Part shown: positions 30,851 through 32,000 of the stretch, piece after piece | Layout: the number at the start of each line of letters is the position of its first letter | How positions within the stretch are numbered: the stretch's first letter is position 1 | DNA from: an uncultured Chloroflexia bacterium | GTDB taxonomy: Bacteria > Chloroflexota > Anaerolineae > Anaerolineales > Anaerolineaceae | DNA: 32,000 nt | Direction: 5' to 3' | Assembly (NCBI GenBank): GCA_963704755.1 | Contig: OY969938.1 | Location: 4,170,001-4,202,000 of the forward strand | The notes under the pieces: generated by a model | Database searches by the model: none | The model's input: only the letters and a program-made list of their open reading frames with translations | What the model was told of the DNA's origin: nothing | Position numbers and translations under genes: made by a program

Positions 30851-31390
30851 ATGCCAGAAGTTGAAATCAGGCCGGTCGTTGCAGCAGACATTCCCGAATT
30901 GATGAAAATCGATCTTTCCAGCCAGAGCGAATACGTCTGGCAGATGGATCGTGCCATTGCAGATAACGAAGTCACCATCAGTTTCCGTGAAATCCGCTTA
31001 CCCCGCTCCATCCGAATCGAGTATCCACACGCGATCGACTGGACTGGCGGCAAAGTTGGCGGCCAAAACGGTATGCTTATTGCAGTCCTTAATGGAGCGC
31101 CGGTGGGGTATATCAATTTGGACGACGGCCAGGTTCCGCGTACAGGCTGGGTCAAAGACCTGGTTATCCAACCTCAGGTCCGCCGCCAGGGGATTGCGAT
31201 TGCACTGATTCTGGCAGGGCAGGAATGGGCCATCCGGCGCGGGCTGCGCCGCATGATTCTGGAAATGCACTCCAAGAACCACCCGGCGATCCGGTTGGCG
31301 TTGAAGTTGGGCTTCGAATTCAGTGGGTATAATGATCAATATTACGCTAACCAGGATATCGCGTTGTTTTTTGCCAGGATGCTCAGGTAG
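30851..31390 (+). CDS. GNAT-family N-acetyltransferase
   Basis: 179 aa. The acetyl-CoA-binding motif is VRRQGIAIALILAGQEWAIRRG, followed by NHPAIRLALKLGFEFSG. Confidence 0.85.
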   Translation: MPEVEIRPVVAADIPELMKIDLSSQSEYVWQMDRAIADNEVTISFREIRLPRSIRIEYPHAIDWTGGKVGGQNGMLIAVLNGAPVGYINLDDGQVPRTGWVKDLVIQPQVRRQGIAIALILAGQEWAIRRGLRRMILEMHSKNHPAIRLALKLGFEFSGYNDQYYANQDIALFFARMLR

Positions 31391-31431
31391 CCTGGGTAAA
31401 ATATTTATTACAGGGTAATTAACGCTTGGTT

Positions 31432-32000
31432 ATGATTATTAGCACGATCAACCAGATTTTGCTGGCCGGGACAGCCATCACGGCCATCTCTCTGCTGTTA
31501 TATTCACTGACTTTCAACTTGCGCGTGCGGGTAGCGCGCGCGTTCGCCTTGATTTTGGTTTGCCTGGTGATTATCTACACCGCCGAATCGCTGGCGAGTG
31601 TCTCAACCAATGACACCCAGCTAACCTTTTGGCTGCAGGCGCAATGGCTGGGGATTTCGTTTATTCCGGCTGCATATTTGCATTTTTCGGATGCAGTTCT
31701 GGCAACGACCGGTAAACCCAGCCGTGGGCGGCGAATTGCCGTCAGCCGGCTGTCCTACTTGATCTCTGGGATGTTCCTGATTACCCTGCCATTTGGCTAC
31801 CTGGTTGGCCAGGTAGCACCCGATCGCCTGCCGGCGCCGCATCTGCAAGCCACCTGGCTGACAGATTTATTCATGCTGTATTACATCGTGGTCATGCTGA
31901 TGGCCTGGTATAACTTTATCCGGGCCTGGCAGCGCACGGCCACGGCGACCAGCCGGCGGCGCCTGGGGTATTTGCTGGCCGGCGCCGGCGCCCCAGCCCT
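31432..32000 (+). CDS. Polytopic membrane sensor N-terminus (resembles the 7TM N-terminal domain of sensor kinases/cyclases); partial, continues past the window end
   Basis: Not in the ORF track because it runs off the edge. My translation from ATG 31432 reads MIISTINQILLAGTAITAISLLLYSLTFNLRVRVARAFALILVCLVIIYTAESL...FWLQAQWLGISFIPAAYLHFSDAVL...RRRLGYLLAGAGAPA, with no stops to nt 32000 and at least 5 TM segments. The functional call is tentative. Confidence 0.55.
   Translation, partial: MIISTINQILLAGTAITAISLLLYSLTFNLRVRVARAFALILVCLVIIYTAESLASVSTNDTQLTFWLQAQWLGISFIPAAYLHFSDAVLATTGKPSRGRRIAVSRLSYLISGMFLITLPFGYLVGQVAPDRLPAPHLQATWLTDLFMLYYIVVMLMAWYNFIRAWQRTATATSRRRLGYLLAGAGAPA

Overview
This is a 32-kb chromosomal window from a moderately GC-rich bacterium. 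It carries housekeeping genes plus many signal-transduction genes. Protein style (Thr/Pro-rich linkers on membrane-anchored proteins, HisKA_3/LuxR two-component pairs, a beta-propeller sensor kinase, a fused CtaA-CtaB) suggests Chloroflexota, but that is inference only.

Genes, left to right:
- partial Ser/Thr kinase (-), TP-repeat membrane protein, PfkB kinase (-), proline dehydrogenase, SDR
- a split UbiA-like membrane protein, then Bcp peroxiredoxin
- ParB-like nuclease-domain protein (-), SRPBCC (-), CPBP protease (-), small membrane protein plus orphan receiver (-)
- LuxR regulator plus a very large propeller sensor kinase split by a frameshift (-), then Rrf2 regulator (-)
- a plus-strand respiratory-biogenesis block: lipoprotein cytochrome c, GAF sensor kinase, LuxR regulator, pseudo-receiver, SCO, SURF1, fused heme A/heme O synthase
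- RsfS (-), ThpR (-), LspA, RluD, threonine aldolase, GAF-GGDEF cyclase (-), purine nucleoside phosphorylase, membrane-anchored protein, GNAT, partial 7TM sensor

I saw no rRNA, tRNA, CRISPR array, transposase or phage genes.

The most interesting signal is non-coding. A family of nested-palindrome, MITE-like elements has GTAAC...GTTAC termini, 8-bp flanking duplications and a long central hairpin whose two arms co-vary between copies. I count at least 6 bounded copies, one decayed copy and one hairpin-only copy. Two miniature copies bracket the ParB-like gene.

Other points of interest:
- a repeat-dense 660-bp non-coding island upstream of lspA
- two apparent single-site frameshifts, in the UbiA-like gene and the propeller kinase
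- a two-component system and a degenerate receiver embedded in the oxidase-biogenesis cluster
- an unusual number of 20-29-bp near-perfect palindromes in intergenic spacers

All functional calls come from reading motifs in the supplied or self-made translations. No database search was possible.
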